Of a stretch of 64,000 bases of DNA, positions 54,041 to 64,000 are shown one piece after another (the stretch's first letter is position 1; every line of letters begins with the position of its first letter). Made by a program: the position numbers and the translations under genes. Location: contig OZ024742.1 in NCBI GenBank assembly GCA_964016885.1, positions 273,730,001 to 273,794,000 on the forward strand. Direction: 5' to 3'. This stretch comes from Eledone cirrhosa (taxonomy: Eukaryota). The notes below the pieces were generated by a model that saw only the letters and a list, made by a program, of their open reading frames with translations, was not told where the DNA came from and ran no database searches.

Positions 54041-57000
54041 TTGGACATCCCCTGGTCTATTGTCCTCTCCATCAGTACAATTCTGAGCATTGGCTCCTTG
54101 CTATCAGTCACGTATTTGTGTAGGTTGTTTTTCTCCATCTGAACACAGTCCTCTATGCTGATAAGACCTCTTCCACATTCATATCTCCTTAAGTAGAGTC
54201 TATCGACATCACTCCTCTTGTGGAACATGTTGTAGATAGTCAATAGCTTCCTAGTCTCCATATCCATTTCTTTTTGTTCAGCAACATTCCATCTAAGAAT
54301 TCCCGCACTGTACCTAATAATAGACACAGCTCGGGAATTTACTGCAATTGTGGCATTCCTACTGTTCAGATGTGAATTTAATACGGTCCTTACTCTCCGA
54401 ATGTATTCAGATCTTATCAATACCTTCATTTTTTTGTTCTTGATGTCATCAGCCTCCAGAACACCCAAATACGTGTATCCTTATTCAGTGTCAATTTCCT
54501 TTATCATCTCACCTGTTGGTACCTGGATTCCGTTGCTTCTGCTCAATTTACCACTCTTCATCACAAGGATTCCACACTTACTAATACCAAATTCCATACA
54601 TATATCATTGCTGAAAATACGGACAGTGTCAACAAGCACATCCAAATCATTCTCACTATTTCCAAAGAGCTTAAGATTGTCCATGAAGAGGAGGTGATTG
54701 ATGGTAAGTTCTTCCTTTCCCAAATTGTATCCTGCTCTCACTTTTCGCAGCATAATTGTCAGAGTATCAGGGCAAGGACAAACAACAGAGGAGGCAGACT
54801 ATCTCCCTGGAAGATACCTCTCTTGATCTTCACGCCTCCCAAGGATTCTCCAGCTGATGTTAACTCTGTTTTCCAGGACTTCATACTTTTGCCCAACAAC
54901 TGTCTGATGTTACCTGCCACCTTGAAGATCTCTAGGCTTTTGGTGATCCAAGAATGAGGCACCATGTCAAATGCCTTTTTGTAGTCTATCCATCCCATGG
55001 CAAGACCAGTGTGTCTCCTCTTGCAATTCCTCATTACCATCTTATCAATAAGTAACTGGTCCTTTGTACCACGGGACTTCTTTCGGCATCCTTTCTGTTC
55101 GTCCGGTAACAAGTTGTTTGTGTGGAGGTGATGGTGAATTTGCGCAGACACAATGCTTGTCAACAGTTTCCACATTACGGACAGACATGTAATAGGTCTA
55201 TAGTTGGTAACATCATTACCCTTGATTCGGTCTTTCATTATCAGAACTGTTGTACCTTTTGTCAACCACTCTGGTACCTCACCTGACATCAAGCAGTCAT
55301 TGAACATGGTTGTCAGTTTCGGACGGAGGAATGTTACATTTTTAATCGAATACCCCTACACACCATCTGGGCCTGGTGATTTCCAGTTGGTTAGTTTTTT
55401 GGCCTGCCCTTTAAGAGTTTCAACTGTGATACTCAAATCAGTTTGTTGGTGTGCCTGTTCACTAATCTCCTTTTGTACTTTCTCAATCCACACTGCCTGG
55501 TCATTATGTTTAACATCCTGCTCCCATATTCCTCTCCAGAATGTCTTAGTTTGTTCCGCCTCATTGATCAAGTCGTTGCCACTTTCTTTCCCTTCAAGCA
55601 GTCCAAACAACATCTTCTGGTTGTTGTCAAACATGCGGTTCTGTCTATACTGACTTACTCGGCTCTCGTATCGCCTAATTTTTGCACTCTTTGCTACAAT
55701 GCGTTGCTTCAGTTCCATATGATAATATTTAGCCTTTTTCTTCTAGTCTTGTACTTTATTTCCAGTCTATTTTTAGTGTCTATCTTTTTTAGTGTCCCAT
55801 TCAGTAGGGACTCAATCTTTCCAATGTCATTTCTCATTTCCCTGATTTGACCATTCAGTCGTTTCTTTCACCAAGGTTCTGATCTTTCTTGTTTGTTATT
55901 TCCTTTCGCTTGTATGCCAAGTAATTTCCTCACCGCATTTGCTGTTGCTTTGAGGATATTGTTGCACTGGTGAAGGCTCCTCGCTTCAAGGTATGGGATG
56001 ACTTTGTTTACCTTAGCTGTTGTTTCTTTTAATTTTTTCCTGTCTACAAATCTTAGGTTCATAGATTTCCCACAAAAACTGTTCATTTCATCTACCACTA
56101 AGTTTAGGATATCAACCCAATCTTGTCCTAGCCCGTCAGCATTCATCTCCTCAATGGCCGTATCCTTGTTCCAGTATTATTTATTTCAGCATTCAGATCA
56201 TTGTCTGCTCGGATGGTTCCTCCGTTCTCTCAACCTATTCACCTTCATTTCCCACTGGCTCATTTGCCTGGCATACTCCACTCTCCATTTCCAACCTAAT
56301 CTCTCTGCTCAGTTCCTCCAGTTACAGCTCGCTTATCCACCCATTAGTTCTTATTACCCGAGCCTGCCCGGCCAATTTTTGTTCATCTAATTTAAATAGA
56401 CTAATCTCGTTCCAGATTGTATGCATTCGTTTCCTATAGCATTTTCCCTAGGGTTTACTCTTCAGGTAACATTGCATAACAGTTCTATTCAATTCTTTCG
56501 TTCTTGTTCCTCCGACACCAGCAGAATTTTGTTGACAGCCAGGTCCCTGCTGGGTGAGAGTCTGTCACATGACATTCCAGTCTCATCTTCACCGTTATTC
56601 GAATTGTTTAGGTCCGACATTGAAACACTCTTATCGAGGATTGGTGAATGTATGGTTACATAACCACCGGTGATTTGATCACCTCCGGTGATGTGATCAC
56701 CCTCGCTGATTTTAGCGTTGCACTATAACGCTGTAGACGAACATAAATAACAAACAAACAAATAGGTAAAAAAAAAAAAATAAGCATAAGTTTCATTGTA
56801 ATGTAATGTTCGAAAGTCTGACTTAGTTTTTTTTGGCTTGTCTGTCTGTCTGTTTGTTTTTCTTTTCTTTTTTCTTTTCTTTACGTTTTTCGTTGCTGCT
56901 GTGCTGTTTTGATTTTGATTTTTGATTTTTTGATTTGTTGACCGCGTCATCAAATCAGTCTATTTATATATTTTGATGCCTTCCTCATTTAGTGGGAGTA

Positions 57001-57300
57001 CTATGATGCCTGTGTTAGCAGGAGGTAGTGGGAGAGAACAGCGGCGGTAGCGATAATAAGGCAGTGGTGGTGGTGGTGATGTGCTAGTAGTACTTAGCAG
57101 GAGGTAGTGGGAGAGAATAGCGGCGGTAGCGATAATGAGGCAGTGATGGTGGTGATGTGATCGTAGTAGTGTAGTGATGGTGTTGAAGTTGAAGTAGAAA
57201 TAGGAGTTGAGATGACTTGACTAGAGATTTTGGCGTGGTAGTGGTGATGGTGGCGGTGGTGGTGTTGGTGGTGAAATTATTTGCCTGTCTGACCACTTAG
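54040..57300 (-). mobile_element. R4/Dong-like RLE retrotransposon, older copy with 5' UTR, 3'-truncated and disrupted
   Basis: The ORF fragments are near-identical in sequence to 60500-63400 but carry stops and frameshifts (FMDN instead of FMDD). Confidence 0.9.
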
Positions 57301-57507
57301 CCATTTGCTCTTTTTCGACTATAACATTTCTGATCCAAAATTAAATATTAAATATTGGGGCCCTATGCGTTGTTGCCTGCTGAGGGTCAAAACTGTAATC
57401 TTATATTTCATTTGTAATAAGAATTATTCTATCACAGTTGTTTTAAATAAGTAAAAATCAAAAACTTACGGGAGCGATTCTATAATGATATATATACACC
57501 ATGTGCG

Positions 57508-57554
<47 letters not shown>

Positions 57555-57556
<2 letters not shown>

Positions 57557-59389
57557 TCAAGGTATGGGATGACTTTGTTTACCTTAGCTGTTGTTTCTTT
57601 TAACTTTTTCCTGTCTACAAATCTTAGGTTCATAGGTCTCCCACTATCATTGTTCAATTCATCTACCACTAAGTTTAGGATATCAACCCAATCTTGTCCT
57701 AACCCGTCAGCATTCATCTCCTCAGTGGCCGTATCTCTGTTCCAGGTACTATTTATCTCAGCATTCAGATCATTGTCTGCTTCGGGTGGTTCCTCCGTTC
57801 TCTCGACCTCTTCACCTTCATTTCCCACTGGCTCGTTTGCCTGGCATACTCCACTCTCCATCTCCAAGCTAATCTCTCTGCTCAGTTCCTCAAGTTCCAG
57901 CTCGCTTATCCACCCATTAGTTCTTAATACCCGAGCCTGCCCGGCCAATTTTTGTTCATCTAATTTAAATAGACCAATCTCGTTCCAGATGTTATGCATC
58001 CGTTTCCTATACCCTTTCTCTTTGAGGTTACTCTTCAGGTAACATTGCATAACAGTTCTATTCAATTCTTTCGTCCAGTTGGTTCTGGTCCCTTTCCTTC
58101 TTCTTCTTCCTCCGACACCAGCAGTATTTGGTTGACAGCCATATCCCTGCTGCTGAGCCAGGGAGCACCTGTTGGGCGAGAGTCTGTCACATGACATTAT
58201 AGTCTCCATTTCACCGTTATTCGAACTGTTTAGGTTCGACATTTAAACACTCTTATCGAGGATTGGCGAATGTATGGTTACATAACCACCGGTGAATTCA
58301 TCGTCTCCTGTGGTTTCGTCACTCCACGTGACTTTTGTGTGGCATTATCACGCTGTAGACGAACACAAATAAACAAACAAACAAACAGGCAGAAAAAAAC
58401 CCAAAAATGAATAAGCATAAGTTTCATTGTAATGTAGTGTTTGAATGTCTGACTTAGTTTTTCCCTTCCCTTCTCTGTCTGTCTGTTTGTTTTTCTCTTC
58501 ATTCTTATTTTCTTTACGTTTTTCGTTGTTGCTGTGCTGCTTTGAACTTGATTTTTGTTTTTTTTTATTTGACCGGGTCATCAATTCAGTCTATTTACAT
58601 ATTTTGATGCCTTCCTCTTTTAGTGAGAATTCTACAATGTAGCAGGGGCTAACGGGAGAGAATAGCGGCGGTAGTGATAATGAGGCAGTGGTGGTGGTGG
58701 TGGTGGCGGTGCTGTGCTAGCAGCAACTAGCAGGAGGTAGTGGGAGTGTATAGCGGCGGTAGCGATAATAAGGCATTGGTGGTGGTGATGTGGTCGTATT
58801 ACTGTAGTGATGGTGTTGAAGTTGGAGTAGAAATTTGAGTCGACTTGACCAGAGTTTTCATCGTGGTAGTGGTGGTGAAATTATCTTAGGTGAAATTATC
58901 GTTAGTCGCGTATATGTGTTGACATATTTTCTTAATATTGGAATTAAACATTTTGTTAAAACTAAAACTTGATTTTTATTTTTATTTTTTTTTTTATTTT
59001 GACCGGGTCATCAATTCAGTCTATTTATATATTTTGATGCCTTTCTCTTTTAGTGGGAATTCTACAATGTAGCAGGGGGAAGCTGGAGAGAATAGCGGGG
59101 GTAGTGATAATGAGGCAGTGGTGGTGGTGGTGGTTGCGGTGCTGTGCTAGCAGCAACTAGCAGGAGGTAGTGTGAGAGAATAGCGGCGGTAGCGATAATG
59201 AGGCAGTGGTGGTGGTGATGTGGTCGTATTACTGTAGTGATGGTGTTGAAGTTGGAGTAGAAATTTGAGTCGACTTGACCAAAGTTTTCATCGTGGTAGT
59301 GGTTTTGGTGTTGGTGGTGAAATTATCTTTAGTGAAATTATCGTTAGTCGCGTATATGTGTTGACATATTCTTTAATATTGGATTTAAA

Positions 59390-59390
<1 letters not shown>
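57555..59390 (-). mobile_element. R4/Dong-like 5' fragment: 5' UTR with an internal duplication plus the N-terminal ORF from 58242, between (TAA)n tracts
   Basis: The ORF overlaps the start of the 966-aa ORF (MNADGLGQD...IPYLE). 58570-58950 resembles 58995-59390. Confidence 0.88.
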
Positions 59391-59438
<48 letters not shown>

Positions 59439-59454
59439 GTTGTTGTTGTTATTA

Positions 59455-60395
59455 CTCTTTGAGTCTCAGTCATTGATGTTAGTTAACTGGAAAGTTTGTT
59501 GAGATTAATATCAAGCCACTACCTGCAGCCTCAGATATTCAGGACGTATCGGAGGGTTCTTGCTGTTCCCAGCAAGCATGCCTTTTGAAGCGTTCCAAAA
59601 AGCGTGAAGGGGCCAATTTTCTTTAACCATCCCTGGAAACTTTTTGAGATAGTCCCTAGTGCGCCTATGACAATCGGGATCACTTTGACTTCATGGCAGT
59701 TCCAAATCCTTTTTACCTCCCACTTTAAGTCCTGGTATCGGTTAATTTTCACCCTCTCCTTCTCTTGCACTCTCGTGTCGAATGGGCAGGCCACATCCAC
59801 AATCAGGCACGATCTTTTTTCTTTGTCCAAAACCACCAGGTCAGGTCTATTGTGTTCCAGTTTCTTGTCCGTCTGTATCCTAAAATCCCACAGCACCTTC
59901 TCCTGATCGTTTTCTATCACCGACTCTGGCTTATGCTCATACCACTTCTCAGAATGTGGTAAATTGTTTACTTTGCATAGGTGCCAGTGGATCACCCTGC
60001 CCATCACATCATGTCTCCAGCCCTTATATTGAGTCTGGGCTTGGTGTTTACACTCGGATACAATGTGAGCCACAGTCTCCTCTCTCTCTCCACAGATCCT
60101 GCACAGTGGGCTAGCCTCCTCCTTGTAAATGTGGTGTTTCAACCACTTCGTTTTGAGGGCCTGCTCCTGCGCAGCCATTAACATTCCTTCTGTAGCCTTT
60201 TTAAGGTCTCCTCTTTTCAACCAGTTCCATGTCTGTGGATCTCTAAATTCAGTTTTCTCAAAGAAGGTACTATGAAGGGATTTTTCCTGAAGGCTGCTCT
60301 TTCTCCTTGATGTTATTTCCTCCTTGGACATCCCCTGGCCTATTGTCCCCTCCTTCAGTACAGCTCTGTCATTGGCTCCTTACTATCAGTCACGT
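59455..60395 (-). mobile_element. R4/Dong-like 5'-truncated copy: CCHC knuckle, REL endonuclease and 3' UTR
   Basis: ORF 59531-60331 contains CRICGEREETVAHIVSEC, RHD and NRPDLVV..IVDVACPFD. Flanked by (TAA)n. Confidence 0.92.
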
Positions 60396-60499
60396 ATTAT
60401 TATTATTATTAATATTATTATTATTCCTTGAATCTCAGTCATTGATGTTGGTTAACTGGAAAGTCCGTTGGATTGAATATCAAGCCACTACCTGCAGCC

Positions 60500-63400
60500 T
60501 CAGATATTCAGGACGTATCGGAGGGTTCTTGCCGTTCCAAGCAAGCATGCCTTTTGAAGCGTTCCAAAAAGCGTGAAGGGGCCGATTTTCTTTAACCATC
60601 CCTGGAAACCTTTGGAGATAGTCCCCAGTGCGCCTATGACAATCGGGATCACTTTGACTTCATGGCAGTTCCAAATCCTATTCACCTCCCACTTTAGGTC
60701 CTGGTATCGGTTAATTTTCTCCCTCTCCTTCTCTTGCACTCTCGTGTCGAACGGGCAGGCCACATCCACAATCAGGCACGATCTTTTTTCTTTGTCCACA
60801 ACCACCAGGTCAGGTCTATTGTGTTCCAGTTTTTTGTCCGTCTGTATCCTAAAATCCCACAGCACCTTCACCTGACTGTTCTCCATCACCGCCTCTGGCC
60901 TATGCTCATACCATTTCTCAGAATGTGGTAGATTGTTTACTTTGCACAGGTGCCACTGGATCACCCTGCCCATCACATCGTGTCTCCAGCCCTTATAGTG
61001 GGTCTGGGCTAGGTGTTTACACTCGGACACAATGTGAGCCACAGTCTCCTCTCTCTCTCCACAGATCCTGCACAGTGGGCTAGCCTCCTCCTTGTAGATA
61101 TGGTGCTTCAACCACTTCGTTTTGAGGGCCTGCTCCTGCGCAGCCATTGGCATTCCTTCTGTAGCCTTTTTGAGGTCTCCTCTTCTCAACCAGTTCCATG
61201 TCTGTGGATCTCTAAATTCAGTTTTCTCAAAGAAGGTACTATGAAGGGATTTTCCCTTAAGGCTGCTCTTCCTCCTTGATGTTATTTCCTCCTTGGATAT
61301 CCCCTGGCCTACTGTCCCCTCCTTCAGTACAGCTCTGAGCATTGGCTCCTTACTATAGGTCACGTATTTGTATAGGTTGTTTTTCTCCATCTGAACACAG
61401 TCCTCTATGCTGATAAGACCTCTTCCACCCTCAGATCTCCTTAGGTAGAGTCTATCGACATCACTCCTCTTGTGGAACATGTTGTAGATAGTCAATAGCT
61501 TCCTAGTCTTCCTATCCATTTCTTTTTGTTCAGCAACATTCCATCTCAGAATTCCCGCACTGTACCTAATAATAGACACAGCTCGGGAATTTACTGCGCT
61601 TATGGCATTTCTGCTGTTCAGATGTGACTTCAATACGCTCCTTACTCTCCGAATGTATTCAGTTCTTAACAATTCCTTCATTTTTTTGTTCTTTATGCCA
61701 TCAGCCTCCAGAACGCCCAAATACTTGTATCCTTCCTCAGAGTCAATTTCCTTTATCATCTCACCTGTTGGTATCTGGATCCCGTTACTTCTGCTCAACC
61801 TACCCCTCCTCATCACAATGACTCCACATTTACCAATACCAAACTGCATACATATATCACTGCTGAAAATACGGACAGTGTCAACAAGCACATCCAACTC
61901 CTTCTCACTTTTCCCGAAGAGCTTAAGATCGTCCATGAAGAGGAGGTGATTGATGGTAAGCTCTCCCCTTCCCAACTTGTATCCTGCTCTCACTTTTCGC
62001 AGCATAATGGTCAAGGGCATCAGGGCAAGGACAAACAACAGAGGGGACAGGCTATCTCCCTGGAAGATACCTCTCTTGATCTTCACGCTTCCCAAGGATA
62101 CTCCAGTTGATGTCAACTCTGTCTCCCAGGACCCCATACTCCTGCCCAGCAACTGTCTGATGTTATCTGCCACCCTGAAGATCTCCAGGCTTTTGGTGAT
62201 CCAGGAATGAGGCACCATGTCAAATGCCTTTCTGTAGTCTATCCATCCCATGGCAAGATCAGTGTGTCTCCTCCTGCAATTCCCCATTACCATCTTATCA
62301 ATAAGCAACTGGTCCTTTGTACCACGTGACTTCTTTCGGCATCCTTTCTGTTCGTCCGGCAACAAGTTGTTTGTGTGGAGGTGATGGTAGATTTCCTCAG
62401 ACACAATGCTCGTCAACAGTTTCCACATTACGGGCAGACATGTGATAGGTCTATAGTTGGTAACATCATTACCCTTGATTCGGTCTTTCATTATCAGAAC
62501 TGTGGTACCTTTTGTCAACCACTCTGGCACCTCACCCGACACCAAGCAGTCATTGAACATGGCCGTCAGCTTCGGGTGGAGGGATGTTAAATGTTTAATC
62601 CAATACCCCTGCACACCATCTGGGCCTGGTGATTTCCAGTTGGTTAGTTTTTTGGCTTGCCCCTTAAGAGTTTCAACTGTGATACTCAAATCAGTCTGTT
62701 GCTGTGCCTGCTCACCGATCTCCCTCTGTACTGTCTCAATCCACCCTGCCTGGGCATTGTGTCTAACATCCTGCTCCCATATTCCTCTCCAGAATGTTTT
62801 AGCTTGTTCCGCCCCAGGGATCAAGTCGTTGCCTCTTTCTTTCCCCTCAAGCTGTCCAAACAGCATCTTCTGGTTGTTGTCGAACATGCGGTTCTGTTTA
62901 TACTGACTGACTCTGTTCTCGTATCGCCTGATTTTGGCACTCTTTGCTACAATGCGTTGCTTCAATTCCTCTATGATAATATTTAGCTTTTTACTCCTAG
63001 TTTTGTATTTTATTTCCAGTCTATTTTTAGTGCCTATGTTTTTTAGTGTCCCATTCAGTAGTGACTCAAGCTTTCCTATGTCATTTCTCATTTCCCCGAT
63101 TTGCCCACTCAGTCGCTTCTTCCACCACGGCTCTGCTCTTTCTTGTCTGTTGTTTCCTCTCGCTTTTATACCAAGTAGTTTCCTCACCGTATTTGCTGTT
63201 GCTTTGAGGATATTGTTGCACTGGTGAAGACTCCTCGCCTCAAGGTATGGGATGACTTTGTTTACCTTAACTGTTGTTTCTTTTAACTTTTTCCTGTCTA
63301 CAAATCTTAGGTTCATAGGTCTCCCACTATCATTGTTCAACTCATCTACCACTAAATTTAGGATGTCAACCGAATCTTGTCCTAGCCCGTCAGCATTCAT
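60500..63400 (-). CDS. R4/Dong-like non-LTR retrotransposon ORF: RT, CCHC zinc knuckle and restriction-like endonuclease; the frame stays open to the truncation at about 63495
   Basis: KSPGPDGV, NYRPITCL, IDYRKAFDMVPH, GIFQGDSLSP, LFMDDLK, YKYLG, GGRGL, CRIC..H..C and PD..D. The element spans 60426-63495 between (TAA)n tracts. Confidence 0.95.
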   Translation of the reverse strand: MNADGLGQDSVDILNLVVDELNNDSGRPMNLRFVDRKKLKETTVKVNKVIPYLEARSLHQCNNILKATANTVRKLLGIKARGNNRQERAEPWWKKRLSGQIGEMRNDIGKLESLLNGTLKNIGTKNRLEIKYKTRSKKLNIIIEELKQRIVAKSAKIRRYENRVSQYKQNRMFDNNQKMLFGQLEGKERGNDLIPGAEQAKTFWRGIWEQDVRHNAQAGWIETVQREIGEQAQQQTDLSITVETLKGQAKKLTNWKSPGPDGVQGYWIKHLTSLHPKLTAMFNDCLVSGEVPEWLTKGTTVLIMKDRIKGNDVTNYRPITCLPVMWKLLTSIVSEEIYHHLHTNNLLPDEQKGCRKKSRGTKDQLLIDKMVMGNCRRRHTDLAMGWIDYRKAFDMVPHSWITKSLEIFRVADNIRQLLGRSMGSWETELTSTGVSLGSVKIKRGIFQGDSLSPLLFVLALMPLTIMLRKVRAGYKLGRGELTINHLLFMDDLKLFGKSEKELDVLVDTVRIFSSDICMQFGIGKCGVIVMRRGRLSRSNGIQIPTGEMIKEIDSEEGYKYLGVLEADGIKNKKMKELLRTEYIRRVRSVLKSHLNSRNAISAVNSRAVSIIRYSAGILRWNVAEQKEMDRKTRKLLTIYNMFHKRSDVDRLYLRRSEGGRGLISIEDCVQMEKNNLYKYVTYSKEPMLRAVLKEGTVGQGISKEEITSRRKSSLKGKSLHSTFFEKTEFRDPQTWNWLRRGDLKKATEGMPMAAQEQALKTKWLKHHIYKEEASPLCRICGEREETVAHIVSECKHLAQTHYKGWRHDVMGRVIQWHLCKVNNLPHSEKWYEHRPEAVMENSQVKVLWDFRIQTDKKLEHNRPDLVVVDKEKRSCLIVDVACPFDTRVQEKEREKINRYQDLKWEVNRIWNCHEVKVIPIVIGALGTISKGFQGWLKKIGPFTLFGTLQKACLLGTARTLRYVLNI

Positions 63401-63495
63401 CTCCTCAGTGGCCGTATCTCTGTTCCAGGTATTATTTATCTCAGTATTCAGATCATTGTCTGCTTCGGGTGGTTCCTCCGTTCTCAGGACCTCCT

Positions 63496-63497
63496 AA

Positions 63498-63567
<70 letters not shown>
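63496..63567. repeat. (TTA)n microsatellite; similar tracts at 57509-57554, 59390-59454 and 60395-60425
   Basis: Read directly. Confidence 0.95.
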
Positions 63568-64000
63568 GGCGACCTACGTAGGAAATCGTATTATCGTGAG
63601 CTCCGCAAAGGTTTGTTATTTCCGTTTGTTTAAAAATTGCCATTTATGGAAAATTTTATTGTTAACTGTTTATAAGCACACATACATTGTTTTCCTAAAA
63701 GGACACCCAAAAAGATTGGGGCCTTGTGCCCAAAATTTTAACTTTTATTATTATCCAAAAATTTCTTTGAAAAAAAATGGCTAATTCCCCTCTGCACGAA
63801 GCAGCTGAAAGCCTTCCTCACAAAATAACACCTCACACCGACACCACCATTGTAAATGTTACTACGTTTGCCAACACAAAAAAAAATATAAGCAGTAGCA
63901 ATATTTTAAATGTGTCTCAGGCAGACATTCATTTCCCGCCATTACCAATGACTGCAGGTGTTAAACCCTCCACCACCACCACCACCGCGACAACCACCAC

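Noticed and set aside
58278-58355. Hammerhead-like gtcac/gtgac-GAAA-ccac...gtgg-TT in the Dong-like 5' UTR (minus strand)
   Set aside because: There is no CUGANGA adjacent to the hairpin, and the motif is not conserved in the sister copy at 56660-56735.
60573-63497. Plus-strand ORFs antisense to the Dong-like ORF, and antisense ORFs over the RTE element
   Set aside because: They are shadow frames of real coding sequence with no recognisable motifs.

Overview
AT-rich animal genomic DNA made almost entirely of repeats. A tRNA-derived SINE and the very high (TA)n/(CA)n content suggest an octopod cephalopod, which is an inference. No host gene was recognised. The window holds decayed Penelope-like elements (Naiad-like and Neptune/Poseidon-like, RT plus GIY-YIG), RTE LINE remnants, Helitron pieces, a Chapaev3-type DNA transposon and a cluster of R4/Dong-like RLE retrotransposons sitting in (TAA)n, one of which has an uninterrupted 966-aa ORF. 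The main hidden signal is RNA-level. Type I hammerhead ribozyme (HHR) motifs from at least ten unrelated sequence families occur here, nearly all with a palindromic stem III. They sit in (i) a 3.1-kb tandem array of 466-468-bp non-coding units with one HHR each, which looks like a retrozyme and has a diverged monomer showing a compensatory change, (ii) short fold-back elements inserted in (TA)n with one arm extended by a tail, and (iii) about 1.4-mer direct-repeat elements. The tails of several unrelated families share a GAGTRC motif about 50-85 nt before the element end. All structures were folded by eye and none has been tested.
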